DNA of 64,000 nt, from contig CAZSGM010000004.1 of the NCBI GenBank assembly GCA_964606505.1, forward strand, positions 39,330-103,329. Reading direction: 5' to 3'. Both the position numbers and the translations under genes were made by a program. Below the pieces are notes generated by a model, which worked only from the letters and a program-made list of their open reading frames with translations, did not search any database and was not told where the DNA came from. Numbering within the stretch: position 1 is the stretch's first letter; every line of letters begins with the position of its first letter. This document shows positions 51,144 through 62,009 of the stretch, one piece after another. Source of the stretch: an uncultured Lachnospiraceae bacterium. GTDB lineage: Bacteria; Bacillota; Clostridia; Christensenellales; UBA1242.

Positions 51144-52469
51144 CTATTCTCGCAAAAGGTTGAAGTTTGTCAAAACCTCGTATTCAATCGTGTTTGAAAG
51201 TTTTGCGAGGTCTTGAGCGGTTATTTCCTCTTCGCCGTCGCTACCTAAAAGCGTTGCGTGCGGCAACAGTTTTGGGTCAACACCAAACAGGTCGTCGACT
51301 GATTTATACAAATTGTAGTTGCGCGGAAATGATTTTTGTATCATTGATTTAAAAGACAACATCATCACTTCGTCGCCAAAGGTTGGAGTTATGTGGAGAG
51401 TGTCGCAAATTTTGTTGACGGCGTTATCAAAAATTCCGCTGCAGGTGTAGGTCGTTTTGAGTTTTAGGTTGGTTATGTCGCACATTAGCATATCCATACA
51501 CACACGCCCGACGATTGGGCATTTCTGACCGCAGATTAGAACGACCCCGTTTTGGTATGCGCGCGCGTAACCATCCGCGTACCCGATTGCGACGACGGCG
51601 ATTTGCATTCGGTGGGTTGCGACGAAACTTGCGCCGTAACCGACGCTTTCGCCCTTTTGCAAGGTTTGCGTTTTAACCACCTTTGCGCGGACTTGAAGAC
51701 AGGGTTTGAGCGCGACTTTGGTTGAGTTCGTGTAACCGTACATTGCTAGCCCGACGCGCACCATATCGTAACAGAACTTGCCCGAGCGCAGAAACGCGGA
51801 ACTGTTGCTTGCGTGCGCGATTATTTTTTTGTTGTCGATAACATCAAGCATTGCTTGGAACTTGGCGTTTTGACGCTTGAGTTTGTAACTGTTGTCGCTG
51901 TCGGCGGTCGCGAAGTGGGTATAGACACCCTCGACGGTTATATTTGCGTAGTTAGAAATTTGAGTTAAAAGCGTTTGCAGTTGCAGCGGGGTTTTGACGC
52001 CGAGGCGGTTCATTCCTGTATTAACCTTAATATGCACGTACGCGCGCTTGCTTAAATCCGCGGCGGCGGTGCTAATAAATTCAACATCTTGCAGCGAGTC
52101 GACTGTTAGGCGGATACCTTTTTTGATGAGCGTGGGCAGGTCGGCTTGCGAAACTTTGCCTAAAATGAGGATACGCTTTTTCAGTTTTAGCGCGCGGACT
52201 TGCAACGCCTCTTTTGCGTTTGCAACGGCAAAATAGTCAACTAAGTCTGCTATGCCGTTACAAACTTCTTTGTAGCCGTGCCCGTAGGCATTTGCTTTGA
52301 CAACGGCGCAAAATTTGGGCGGACAACCGTACTTACGTTTGCGGAGTTTGTGCGTTTTTTTGTTCTTTTTGCTTAAAATTTCGGTTTTTTGACTGTTTTT
52401 TGCGGAAATTTCCTTTAATTTTAATATATTTTCGCGCAGCGCTTCAATGTTTACTGTTTTTTCTATCAT
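51144..52469 (-). CDS. alr: alanine racemase with two insertions
   Basis: AVVKANAYGHG (PLP Lys), TGMNRLG, THFA, IGYADG, GRVCMD, TIEYEVL. Confidence 0.95.
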   Translation of the reverse strand: MIEKTVNIEALRENILKLKEISAKNSQKTEILSKKNKKTHKLRKRKYGCPPKFCAVVKANAYGHGYKEVCNGIADLVDYFAVANAKEALQVRALKLKKRILILGKVSQADLPTLIKKGIRLTVDSLQDVEFISTAAADLSKRAYVHIKVNTGMNRLGVKTPLQLQTLLTQISNYANITVEGVYTHFATADSDNSYKLKRQNAKFQAMLDVIDNKKIIAHASNSSAFLRSGKFCYDMVRVGLAMYGYTNSTKVALKPCLQVRAKVVKTQTLQKGESVGYGASFVATHRMQIAVVAIGYADGYARAYQNGVVLICGQKCPIVGRVCMDMLMCDITNLKLKTTYTCSGIFDNAVNKICDTLHITPTFGDEVMMLSFKSMIQKSFPRNYNLYKSVDDLFGVDPKLLPHATLLGSDGEEEITAQDLAKLSNTIEYEVLTNFNLLRE

Positions 52470-52815
52470 AAAAATAGTTTATGCGGGGCGGCGCGATAAT
52501 GTCATTTTTCGCACTTGATTAGTTCAAAAAATATTGGTATGGCACAAAAGAATTATAAAACCATTAAAAATCCCCTATAAAATAAACCATACAAAATAAA
52601 AAAACTAAGCAATTTTAAGTTAAGCTGCTTAGTTTTTAAGTTTCTATTACAAACAAAATGTTTTTTCTCGCTCGTTTCGTTCAAACCGCGATAAAATGTT
52701 TTTAGTTTTCTACATTTTATGCACACAAAATGCGGGGTTTGACTGCAGTTTTTCCGCAACAAATATACATTTTAAGCGTCATTTTTACTCGTGCAACAGT
52801 TTTGCGCATACGAAA

Positions 52816-53079
52816 TTATTTTAAATGTTCGCCTTGAAGTTCTGCGTTATACGACTCGCAAGCAAGTTTCAGGTGCGCCCCTGCGTGCGCTTCCCTTCTG
52901 CTGCTCAAAACTTTTGTCTCAACAAGCAATGCGTATTTGTACGCGCTGTCAATAACTTTTGCGCTGCCACGTGTTTCTTCTGGAGCATTAACTGCGCGCA
53001 AAATCATCCCTTTATAACCTTCAGTCAAATTCATTTGGTCGATGTACATCAATATTACTTGTTTTTTATCTCTTTCCAT
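52816..53079 (-). CDS. hypothetical protein
   Basis: 87-aa ORF with GAGG RBS and an upstream TTGACA...TATAAT. Confidence 0.65.
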   Translation of the reverse strand: MERDKKQVILMYIDQMNLTEGYKGMILRAVNAPEETRGSAKVIDSAYKYALLVETKVLSSRREAHAGAHLKLACESYNAELQGEHLK

Positions 53080-53207
53080 ACTTTTCCTCTTTTGATAGTT
53101 AGTTTAGCGACACAAATTGCGGCGGCTCAATGTTAACGCGAGTGCTGCAAAGTTTTGCGTCAATACCGAATTTGATTATACCATACAAATGCGCGTTTGT
53201 CAATATA

Positions 53208-56039
53208 TTATCCCTTATATGGACAGCTTTGACAATCTTTGGGGCGCGTAAAATAGGCGACACATTTTACTGTTGCGTAACAAATGATTGTTATGGCAGC
53301 GAGCACGGCGGCGCCGAGGAGCCAACCATAGAGGGCGATTAGGCTTGCGATTTTGTAGACGGCAAATGCTGCGACATAGGCAACGGCGAGTTGGAGCGCG
53401 ACGAAAATTGTTGTCCATTTTGCGCCGACTTCTGCACGCATTGCGCTGATTGTTGCGATACACGGAGTATAGAGGAGACAGAAAGTTAGGAACGCGAGTG
53501 CGCTTGGTTGAGTGAAACAGATTGCACTGGTTGGGAGGGTTAGGCTTGCGCCGACGAGGGCATTTGAGGCAGAGACATTGTTGATTATGCCAATGCTGCT
53601 GACAATAAGTTCCTTCGCAATCACCCCTGCGAGCAAAGCACTGACGGCTCCCCATTCTCCGAACCCTAGCGGCGCAAAGAGTGGCGCTAGGAGTTGGGCG
53701 GCGCTTTGGAGTATGCTTGACTTGCTTTGCGCGGCATCCGCCGTTCCAACAAACTCGAGGGATAGCGTAAAACTTTGAAGCAACCAAATAATGATTGAGA
53801 AGCAAAAAATGTAGCCGCCTATGCGGGTTAGGAACTGGCACGTGTTTCTTTTGAGCGACGACCACAACACGCGTGCGCGAGGAATACGGTACGGCGGAAA
53901 CTCTAATATGAAACTTGAGTCGCGGGTTTTGAGGGCAGTTTTGTCAAGCACGTTTGCAATGAGTATTCCTAAGAGCGCGGACAGGACGTACAGGAGAAAA
54001 ATTACTAGGACGTTCCCTTGCGCGAAAAACGCGCCGCCGATTACTGCAAAGACAGGGAGTTTTGCGCTGCACGCCATATAGGGGGTAGTTAGAATTGTTT
54101 TTATTTTTTCTGTTTTGTTGTTCAAATTTTCCGCTGTCATAATTGCGGTTGCTGTGCAGCCAAACCCCATTAAAAAAGTAAAGACACTTTTGCCAGATAA
54201 CCCTACCTTACAAAAAATCCCCTCCATTAAATACGCGAGGCGCGCCATGTACCCGCTTTCTTCAAAGACGGTCAGAAAGAAAAACAGCAGCATAACTTGA
54301 GGCAAAAATGCAACGACCGAACCGACTCCGCCAAGTATGCCGTCCGACACTAGCGAATAGACAAATCCACGCCCGAGATTGTATTCAATAAAAAACAAAA
54401 TTGGCGCACCGATAACCTCTACAATGATAAACTCAAAAACGCTACTTATGTACGCGCCGACGCTTGAAAACGTTAGGTAAAAAACAAGCAACATTATACA
54501 CGCAAAAATTGGAATTGCAAGGTATTTATTTAATAAAATTTTATCTAGCTTTTGCGTTTGCGATTTTGGCGCGTTTTTATTTTTTACTACATTTTTATTG
54601 AAAAATGACGTTTTTTTAGTGTTTTTTTGCGTTTTTTCACTATTTTTTTGCGCAATATTTTTTTCGGTTATTTTTTTCGCACTATTTTTTATGCCAAAAT
54701 TTTCGTTATTTTTTGCATTATTTAAGTAAATATTTTTATTATTTTTTTTGTGAATAATTATACTATTTTTATTATTTTCAGTTAAATTATTATTGTTAAT
54801 TTTATCATTATTATTACTAATATAATCGTCGTTATTAACATTATTATTTTTGCAATTATTAATTTTATTGTTTTTATTTAATAATTTATTATCTTTTATT
54901 TCGCAATTATTATTTGTAAAAACATTGCCGCTTAATTCGTAATTATTTTTGCAATGCAAATGCAATTTATAATCGCATTTTTTCAATAATTCATCAATAT
55001 ATTTGTAGCGCGCATTATATAATTTCTCTTGATAATCGAACGCCGATAAAATATTATTTAATTCCGCATTTTTGCTAGCTTTTACTAAAAATCTGTCATC
55101 CCCTTCTATTAATCTTAATGCAATAAAATTTAATAAATTTTCATTATTTTCTAAATTATTTATGTATTTTTTTGAATTATTTATATTATTTTCAAAATTA
55201 TTTGCACAATGTACGCAATTATATTCCCCTTTTAATTCGCAAACATTATTTAATTTGCAAATATTTTTTCCGCAATTATTATTTTCACAATTATTATTTA
55301 CACATTTTTTATTTAGTGTACATTTATTATTTTCATTACAACTATTATTATTTTTACAGTTTAAAATGTTTTTATTTTTGCAATTATTATTTTTTATATT
55401 CACAAATATTTTATTGCAATTTTCAAATGTAGAATTAATTAAATCAACATTTAATAAATTATTTTTTATTATAATTCTTTTAATTTTTTCGATTGGAAAA
55501 TCATTTAAATAATTAAAATTATTTTTTGCGCTTGTACACATTTCGGGGTTATAATTTTTGAAGAAGTTTTTAATTTCTTCGCTTGAAAAAAAATCAATTA
55601 CGCTAACATTTATTTTTAGTTCACTTATTAATTTTTCGATGTCAAAAAGCGCAGGAGTTTTGGTTGACTTTCCAAATTTATTTACTAAGAGAGTTACGGG
55701 CAAATTCAACTCAAGTAGTTGCAGCGTAAGCAGCAGGTTGCGGCGCAGGTTGTTTTGTTCGCATATGTTTAGAATAGGAGCGCCCACCACTGCGACAAAA
55801 TCAGAAGTTGTTGTTTCCTCGAGACTGAACGGCGCGAGTGAGTATGTTCCTGCCAAGTCAACAAGTGCAGACACAGGCGCAGGGATTGCGAGCGAGCGCA
55901 GGGTTGCGCCGACGGTTACGCCGTGCCAATTGCCGATGTGGAGTGCGGAGTTTGTGGCACGGTTGACGAGTGAGGTTTTGCCCGTGTTAGGGTTTCCGAC
56001 AAGCAAAACGACGGGTGCAGAATATTCTTGTTTTATCAT
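53208..56039 (-). CDS. feoB: ferrous iron transporter FeoB with large Asn/Lys/Cys-rich insertions
   Basis: GNPNTGKT, GNWHGVTV, DLAGTYSL, ESGYMAR, GFGC, PYMACSAKLP, LYTPC. Confidence 0.93.
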   Translation of the reverse strand: MIKQEYSAPVVLLVGNPNTGKTSLVNRATNSALHIGNWHGVTVGATLRSLAIPAPVSALVDLAGTYSLAPFSLEETTTSDFVAVVGAPILNICEQNNLRRNLLLTLQLLELNLPVTLLVNKFGKSTKTPALFDIEKLISELKINVSVIDFFSSEEIKNFFKNYNPEMCTSAKNNFNYLNDFPIEKIKRIIIKNNLLNVDLINSTFENCNKIFVNIKNNNCKNKNILNCKNNNSCNENNKCTLNKKCVNNNCENNNCGKNICKLNNVCELKGEYNCVHCANNFENNINNSKKYINNLENNENLLNFIALRLIEGDDRFLVKASKNAELNNILSAFDYQEKLYNARYKYIDELLKKCDYKLHLHCKNNYELSGNVFTNNNCEIKDNKLLNKNNKINNCKNNNVNNDDYISNNNDKINNNNLTENNKNSIIIHKKNNKNIYLNNAKNNENFGIKNSAKKITEKNIAQKNSEKTQKNTKKTSFFNKNVVKNKNAPKSQTQKLDKILLNKYLAIPIFACIMLLVFYLTFSSVGAYISSVFEFIIVEVIGAPILFFIEYNLGRGFVYSLVSDGILGGVGSVVAFLPQVMLLFFFLTVFEESGYMARLAYLMEGIFCKVGLSGKSVFTFLMGFGCTATAIMTAENLNNKTEKIKTILTTPYMACSAKLPVFAVIGGAFFAQGNVLVIFLLYVLSALLGILIANVLDKTALKTRDSSFILEFPPYRIPRARVLWSSLKRNTCQFLTRIGGYIFCFSIIIWLLQSFTLSLEFVGTADAAQSKSSILQSAAQLLAPLFAPLGFGEWGAVSALLAGVIAKELIVSSIGIINNVSASNALVGASLTLPTSAICFTQPSALAFLTFCLLYTPCIATISAMRAEVGAKWTTIFVALQLAVAYVAAFAVYKIASLIALYGWLLGAAVLAAITIICYATVKCVAYFTRPKDCQSCPYKG

Positions 56040-56229
56040 AGTTTATTTTATGAACTCGACACCCGCATTTAGTACTACTTAGATAATATTCGCCACACGC
56101 TTAACTCGCGCATATTAACTGCGCTCCACCGTTCTTCTTTTAGTTATGAGTCCTATATTTACTATTTCCGCAATTAAAAAAAGTGCAAACAATGTTGCAC
56201 TTTTTACCTTTTAAAGAATAATATACATT

Positions 56230-56583
56230 ATGAAAATAACGAATAACTATGTTGAAAACTGCGATTTTGGCTGTAAAAACGCGTCAGAACGCTTAAATTT
56301 TGCTAAAAATACACGCTTTACAGATGTTTCTCCTCTAAAATTAAGTGAAATGCCCAGCAACAAGGTTTGCAAGGTCGTTTCTATTTCTGCCGAACCTCGA
56401 TTGAGACGCCGACTTCTCGAGCTGGGTTTTGTAACGGGCGCGACTGTTCAGGTTGTAAACATTTCGCCGATGTCGAGAGCGTTTTTACTCGTCGTGCAAA
56501 ACTCGCTACTGTGCATAAGGCGAGATGTTTTAGAACATATTGAAGTGGACAACTTGCGCGGGCTGGGAGCGTTGCGTGTTTGA
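56230..56583 (+). CDS. feoA: FeoA family protein
   Basis: LRRRLLELGFVTGATVQV...SP...LCIRR; adjacent to feoB. Confidence 0.82.
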   Translation: MKITNNYVENCDFGCKNASERLNFAKNTRFTDVSPLKLSEMPSNKVCKVVSISAEPRLRRRLLELGFVTGATVQVVNISPMSRAFLLVVQNSLLCIRRDVLEHIEVDNLRGLGALRV

Positions 56584-56759
56584 GTTCCGCACCACACTAA
56601 TTGAGCAAAACGCGAGCGCAAGGCGCACGGGCAAGCCCACAAATTGCGGCGCGTGAGCAAAGTGTAGCCGCTCAACACGAGTAAGGCACACGCTCGCGAG
56701 ACATAAACAAAGCACGAGTTCACGGCGCAAGCAACACACAAGTTCACGGAATAGGAATG

Positions 56760-57302
56760 TTACGTTTTTTCGATTTCGTCGTCGGACTTTCTGCCTTTGA
56801 AAAGGGTCTTGAAAAAACCTTTATCCTCGGCATATTTCACTTCGACTGCCTGCAAAAACCTTTCATAACAGCCTGCGGTTGCGGCACTATAGTAGCGCAT
56901 ATTTGCAATCGACACGTAGCAAGCAAGGAACTTATCCTCGCCAACCTCTTCAACGCTTTGAATTTTGCTGCACAACTCAATTCGCTTGTGAACGGACGGC
57001 AAAAATGACTCAACGTAGGCGTTGTCAACACGAATTTTGTGCCCCAACATCCCCATATCCTTGTCCTCAACAATTCTGCGCTCAATGTCCTTGTCGTTTG
57101 CAATGCGGCTTTTATAAAATGGTCTACTTTCCGCTCTTTTCACTTTAAATTTCATATCAAAATCGGGATGTTCCTTTGCGTATTCGACTGCAATTTTGTG
57201 AAGCATAGCATAACACTCATCTTGTTTATTTTTAAGTTCTCCAAACTGCTCATTCAATCTAATGCAATAATCTTTAAATTTCAAATACGTATTTTTCTTC
57301 AT
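56760..57302 (-). CDS. hypothetical protein
   Basis: 180-aa charged ORF directly downstream of the 663-aa gene. Confidence 0.7.
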   Translation of the reverse strand: MKKNTYLKFKDYCIRLNEQFGELKNKQDECYAMLHKIAVEYAKEHPDFDMKFKVKRAESRPFYKSRIANDKDIERRIVEDKDMGMLGHKIRVDNAYVESFLPSVHKRIELCSKIQSVEEVGEDKFLACYVSIANMRYYSAATAGCYERFLQAVEVKYAEDKGFFKTLFKGRKSDDEIEKT

Positions 57303-57334
57303 AACACACCACTTTTCTGACTTGAATTAATGAC

Positions 57335-59326
57335 CTATTTACTGTTTAGCGCTTCGTTAATGCGTTGCAAGCGCTCTTGTTCTTTCTTCTTTTGGTAATC
57401 ACGCATAAAAGTTCTTAGTTCATACTTCATATGCTTAGCCAAAGCTTTTTTGTTTATTGGCTCGTCGTCCCCATATTCTTTAAGCAAAGCTTCGCGGTCT
57501 TCCTTTAGCATACAAGCTAGGTCGTACTTGTCTGGTAAAGGTTTTTTGTCCACTTTGTCAAGAATTTTGTAGAGATCCTCTTTTGTCATTGCCCCGTTGC
57601 ACCTAATATACGCTTCGCGAACTTCCTGCAGTGCCATTCTGTATTTTAGGTCGTTTACGCTTGCTGCAACCCCTGCACCAAAAATCATTGCTCCACCGCT
57701 AAGCAACGGCAACAGTGAATTTACGCCGCTAATGTCCATAAATCCAAACGCCAGTAGCGCGACGCCAAAGGCCTTAAACTCCGCGTTCAAAATCACCTGA
57801 TGGTGCAGTTCATCGTCAGCAGGCAACCCAAGTTTGCGCAACTCCGCCTCTTTCAGCAACAATTCTTCACGGGCTTCCCTTTTCCTATCCCACTGGGTTG
57901 CCTTTTTCTGATAAACTTTATTAGAACTCGAGGCGCGGTCATCGTCGACACGATAGTTATTCTCAAAATCTTGAGTCCCCTTGACGCCATCACCAATTTG
58001 GGGGTCTACAGCGCCGTTTGCGAAACTTCCAACTTGATTGCCGTTTTCGCTAAGATTGCCGCCACTTGCGTTTGACTGGTTTGTTCTGACAACTATTGTA
58101 ACAGGCTCTTTGCGCGAACTTTTTGCGTCTTTGCTGCCACAGTTGCGACTTTCGCTTTTAGCGGATTGGACAGCGCCACTTTCGCCTTGTTTGCTGTCTC
58201 CTGCGACTTGTTTGTCGTCTTTACTTGAAGCGTCTTGCGAAACATTTTGCGCCCACCAACGCTTGAGCCTATTTTTGAGTTTCTTTTGCTCTTTGATGCG
58301 CATTTTTTCTTCGTTGCGCAGTCTAGCCATATGTAGATTATAGACCAACCCTGACGGAATCATTGCGGGAACAAACTCGTCTGGGTTTCCGCCGTTTGCA
58401 ACAAAGGCGTCCTTTTCTCGTTGTATTTGCGCGTCAAAAATTTCCTTCAATTTTTCGGCTGCGCTGGCAGGGTCAGCAATGAAATCATCGCTTGTTGGCA
58501 TTTCGCTTCTCATCTCGTAGAGTGCTTGCGTTACGCTCTTAGGCTGCTGCAAAGTTTCGCCTTGAGTTTGCTCTTGTGCGGTCTCTTCAGTATCTTGCTC
58601 AGATGAGGTTTCATCCTCTTGAAAGCCGCCCCTCTCTTCATCTTCGTAATCACACCCGTAGGCGGGCGGTTCGTGGATTTCCCACACATCGTCAAACTCG
58701 CTCCCCGTTTGCGCGCCCACAATGTTTTCAGTTGAATAACTGCCGCTTTGTTGGTTCGCGACATTTTGTTGCGCAACTGCACTTAGTTTTACGTTTGCGT
58801 CGTCTGAGGTCTCCTTTATCTCCTCGCGCGAACGTTGCGTTTCAGAGGAAAAAGTTACTCCAACTTCAGAAGCCAAAGTTTGCGCCGTTTTGCCCATTTC
58901 AGCGGGATTGCTGTCATTTTTTGCAGGATTACTATCGTTTTTTGCGGCTATCCTGCTAGTTTTTTTTGCTGCCGCCTCGGCTTGCTGCAAGCGTTTCATT
59001 GCGGTTTGCCTAAAATTTTCGGACGGACAATACATATTATCTTGCGAACTTTGTTGAGTTTCGCGGGTGGTTGCCTGAGTTTTAGTTTCGCCATTTTGAA
59101 CATTAATTGTATCTTTCTTGGCGGACGGGGCGCACATTTTGTTTTTTCCGCTCTTTCCCCTGCGCTTTAATATTTGGATACCGAGTTCCGTATAGTAATA
59201 GTTTGCTTCGCAACCGCGCGGGTTAGCATAAGCCAAATTTAGAGCAGCCTCCCCCATTTTAACACTTTCATCCCACAAATCCTTTTCGCAGTTCTCAAAA
59301 TCCTTAATCGTTTCTCGTGTTTCCAT
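57335..59326 (-). CDS. hypothetical protein, largely disordered, with a C-terminal hydrophobic hairpin
   Basis: 663-aa ORF with GGAG RBS; two adjacent hydrophobic segments near residues 520-555; AKNDSNP repeated twice. Confidence 0.75.
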   Translation of the reverse strand: METRETIKDFENCEKDLWDESVKMGEAALNLAYANPRGCEANYYYTELGIQILKRRGKSGKNKMCAPSAKKDTINVQNGETKTQATTRETQQSSQDNMYCPSENFRQTAMKRLQQAEAAAKKTSRIAAKNDSNPAKNDSNPAEMGKTAQTLASEVGVTFSSETQRSREEIKETSDDANVKLSAVAQQNVANQQSGSYSTENIVGAQTGSEFDDVWEIHEPPAYGCDYEDEERGGFQEDETSSEQDTEETAQEQTQGETLQQPKSVTQALYEMRSEMPTSDDFIADPASAAEKLKEIFDAQIQREKDAFVANGGNPDEFVPAMIPSGLVYNLHMARLRNEEKMRIKEQKKLKNRLKRWWAQNVSQDASSKDDKQVAGDSKQGESGAVQSAKSESRNCGSKDAKSSRKEPVTIVVRTNQSNASGGNLSENGNQVGSFANGAVDPQIGDGVKGTQDFENNYRVDDDRASSSNKVYQKKATQWDRKREAREELLLKEAELRKLGLPADDELHHQVILNAEFKAFGVALLAFGFMDISGVNSLLPLLSGGAMIFGAGVAASVNDLKYRMALQEVREAYIRCNGAMTKEDLYKILDKVDKKPLPDKYDLACMLKEDREALLKEYGDDEPINKKALAKHMKYELRTFMRDYQKKKEQERLQRINEALNSK

Positions 59327-59604
59327 CTTGGCGCTCTCCGTCTACTATATAATAAATATTATGCAAATTTAAAACTTAATATATCTTGCCTTAATAATAA
59401 CATACATTTTATTTGCTGTCAATGAATTTAGAAAAAAATTTTTGCAAAATCACAATTTTTTTTCATATTTTTTAAAATCACGACTTTTTCACCCCTCAAG
59501 CCCCATTTTAAATATTGTCGAGTTGTCGTTTTGCAATATTGATAATCCCGTTCCTCAAAAATTTATTTATGCTTAAAACTTTTACAAAAACTATTTTCCA
59601 GCAT

Positions 59605-59636
59605 AAAAAACCCCTACACGCACACGTGTAAGGGTT
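59605..59636 (-). terminator. intrinsic terminator
   Basis: AAAAAACCCCTACACG-loop-CGTGTAAGGGTT downstream of the U32 gene. Confidence 0.65.
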
Positions 59637-59773
59637 ATTCTTATCAAATTCAATCCTTTTAATTTTTAGCATTTGTAAATGTTAGATAAATTATAATCAT
59701 ATGTGGAATGTTAGGTTAGCCAAGTTAATTACAACTTAACCAGATTGCTCAGTTATCCCAACATTGTTGTACG

Positions 59774-60982
59774 CTATTTTTGCTTTCTACGTAAGATGTC
59801 TCCAACTTTCAACTCGTACGGACAATTGATTGTAACGATTTCCTGCACGCGTTGCGCAACCTGTTGCGCCTGCCCATTCGCATCTACAATGCTTTCAACT
59901 TTAAATGTTTTGTTGAACGCGTCGCTCGGAGACAAAATCTCAATTTCGTCGCCGACTTCAAATCGGTTGCGCTGTTCAACCTTAACGCTACCGCTGTTTG
60001 AATTTTCGACAACGTTTGCAATAAAGTCGTAACTTGAAATTGGCGAACTGCTTTCAATGTACTCCCTGTCGGTTTCGTCAAAATAAAATCCTGTTGTGTA
60101 ACGCCTGTGGCTGGACTTTTCAAGTTCCTCAGAAAGTTTTTCGTCAAACGGCTTGCCGCTCTCAACAAGGTCGAGTGCGCGACGGTAGGCGTTAGTAACA
60201 TTCGCAACATAGTACGATGTTTTCATTCTCCCTTCAATTTTAAAGGATGTAACCCCTGCGTCCGCCATTTCTTTTAAATGTTCAATCATTTTCATATCTT
60301 TGGAGTTTAAGATATATGTCCCACGCTCATCCTGCTGAATTGTCATCTCGTCGTCGCGAGTTTTTTCACGCAAAAAGTACTCAAAGCGGCACGCCTGCGC
60401 ACATTGCCCGCGGTTACTGTCGCGCTTGCAAAGATAATTTGAGAGCAAGCAACGCCCGCTGTACGAAATACACATCGCGCCGTGCACAAATGCCTCAATT
60501 TCGATTGAGTCTTGCAAGTAATCGCGCATTTGTTTAATCTCGGCAACACTCACTTCCCTTGCCAAAACCAAGCGTTTTATCCCCATTTCCGCCCAAAACT
60601 CGCCCGCATACTTGTTCGTGCAGTTGGCTTGAGTCGAAAGATGGATATCAAGTTTTGGCGCGACCTTTTTGCAAAGGCTAATGATGCCAACATCTGACGC
60701 GATGATTGCGTCGGCGCCAATTTCTTGCAAGTAGATTAAGTAATCGGAAAGTCCGTCAAAATCAGAGTTATGCGCCAAAATATTAACTGTTATGTAGCAC
60801 TTTTTACCCAAACTGTGCGCGTAACTAATATATTTTTGCAACTCATCCTGCTCAAAGTTGTCGCTAAACGCACGCAACCCGTACTTCTTACCTGCAAAAT
60901 AGCAAGCGTCCGCACCAAAGTAAAACGCCGTTTCCAACTTCTCGCTGCTCCCTGCAGGCGACAAAAGTTCTAATTTTTTCAT
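59774..60982 (-). CDS. U32-family peptidase (TrhP-like tRNA hydroxylation protein)
   Basis: ELLSPAG, HLSTQAN, HGAMCISYSGRCLLS...NRGQCAQACR, KIEGRMK. Confidence 0.92.
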   Translation of the reverse strand: MKKLELLSPAGSSEKLETAFYFGADACYFAGKKYGLRAFSDNFEQDELQKYISYAHSLGKKCYITVNILAHNSDFDGLSDYLIYLQEIGADAIIASDVGIISLCKKVAPKLDIHLSTQANCTNKYAGEFWAEMGIKRLVLAREVSVAEIKQMRDYLQDSIEIEAFVHGAMCISYSGRCLLSNYLCKRDSNRGQCAQACRFEYFLREKTRDDEMTIQQDERGTYILNSKDMKMIEHLKEMADAGVTSFKIEGRMKTSYYVANVTNAYRRALDLVESGKPFDEKLSEELEKSSHRRYTTGFYFDETDREYIESSSPISSYDFIANVVENSNSGSVKVEQRNRFEVGDEIEILSPSDAFNKTFKVESIVDANGQAQQVAQRVQEIVTINCPYELKVGDILRRKQK

Positions 60983-61182
60983 ATTTCCTCCTATGCTAAT
61001 CGCGTTTTAAACGCAAAACAAAAATCACAACTGACACCCCTAATTTCACAAAAACGCGGTAATGGGCATTAAAATTTAATTTTACGTTGCACAAAAGTTT
61101 TGCATTTACCCGTCGCAACTGCCTCGCGCTTTTGTAACCGTTACCATTATTTCCGTAACGCTTTATATGGTTTGTCTATAAT

Positions 61183-61821
61183 TTAGTTAGACTCAACTGA
61201 CTTTTGTTTGTAACAAACACACAGCCCATCCTCAAGCGGGATTATGTTCGTTATAAGTGTTTTGTTTTTGCAAAGTTTGTCAATAAACTCATTCATTCGG
61301 CAAACTGTGCTTTCAAGTTTGTGCTTAACCTCGCACTCCCCCGTGGTCATCCCCTCTTGCAATATGTTGTCCGCTATCAAAACGCCCCCATCGGCAAGCA
61401 CCTGCATTAAACTTGGATAGTACGAGAGGTACTGCGCCTTTGCGCCATCGAGGAAAATCAGGTCAAACTTCTCCTCGCAGTTAAGCAGAAAGTCGCCTGC
61501 GTCGCAAAGTTTAAAGTCGACCCTAGCCTTGTACTTTTTCAAGTTCTTCTGCGCAAGCGTGTAACGCTCAAAGTCAATTTCCAGCGTTGTAAGTTTTGCA
61601 TCGCTGCAGGCGTCGAGCATAATTTTTGCGCTATACCCAATTGCCGTGCCGATTTCGAGGATGTTTTTGGGCTGCACAATCGCCGCAATCGTACGCAACA
61701 AATTGGCTGAGGCGGAACGAATTATGGGCACATAATTTTGTTTTGCATATTCCTCCATCGCCTTATTGCCAAACTTTTGCGTTTTAATCTTTTGGCTTAT
61801 ATATTCTGAAGTTTTGTTCAT
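61183..61821 (-). CDS. trmR: O-methyltransferase (TrmR/YrrM-like)
   Basis: LEIGTAIGYS, FDLIFLDGAKAQY, ADN; upstream of the U32 gene as in B. subtilis yrrM-yrrNO. Confidence 0.8.
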   Translation of the reverse strand: MNKTSEYISQKIKTQKFGNKAMEEYAKQNYVPIIRSASANLLRTIAAIVQPKNILEIGTAIGYSAKIMLDACSDAKLTTLEIDFERYTLAQKNLKKYKARVDFKLCDAGDFLLNCEEKFDLIFLDGAKAQYLSYYPSLMQVLADGGVLIADNILQEGMTTGECEVKHKLESTVCRMNEFIDKLCKNKTLITNIIPLEDGLCVCYKQKSVESN

Positions 61822-62009
61822 CAAAACACCTTAGTAAATGATTTCATTGTAAATGATTGTTTCTCAATCAATAATTGTTTCAATTGATTTATGTGTAATT
61901 TTAAATATCAATTTTTGCGTAATTATTCAATATCAAATTGCAATTCTCTAATTAAAAGTCTCATTGGCACAATTTTAAAAACAACTAAAACAATTATTTA
62001 ATTATTTAA

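Noticed and set aside
53215-53865. 216-aa alternative-frame ORF within feoB, and similar antisense ORFs (13489-14130, 32617-33420, 44691-45314)
   Set aside because: They are shadows of well-supported genes with no motifs or RBS.
56584-56756. Loose CACGAG/AGTTCACGG repeats between feoA and the 180-aa gene, and the featureless spacer at 50040-50390
   Set aside because: No consistent unit length, terminal inverted repeats or RNA family signature could be established by eye.
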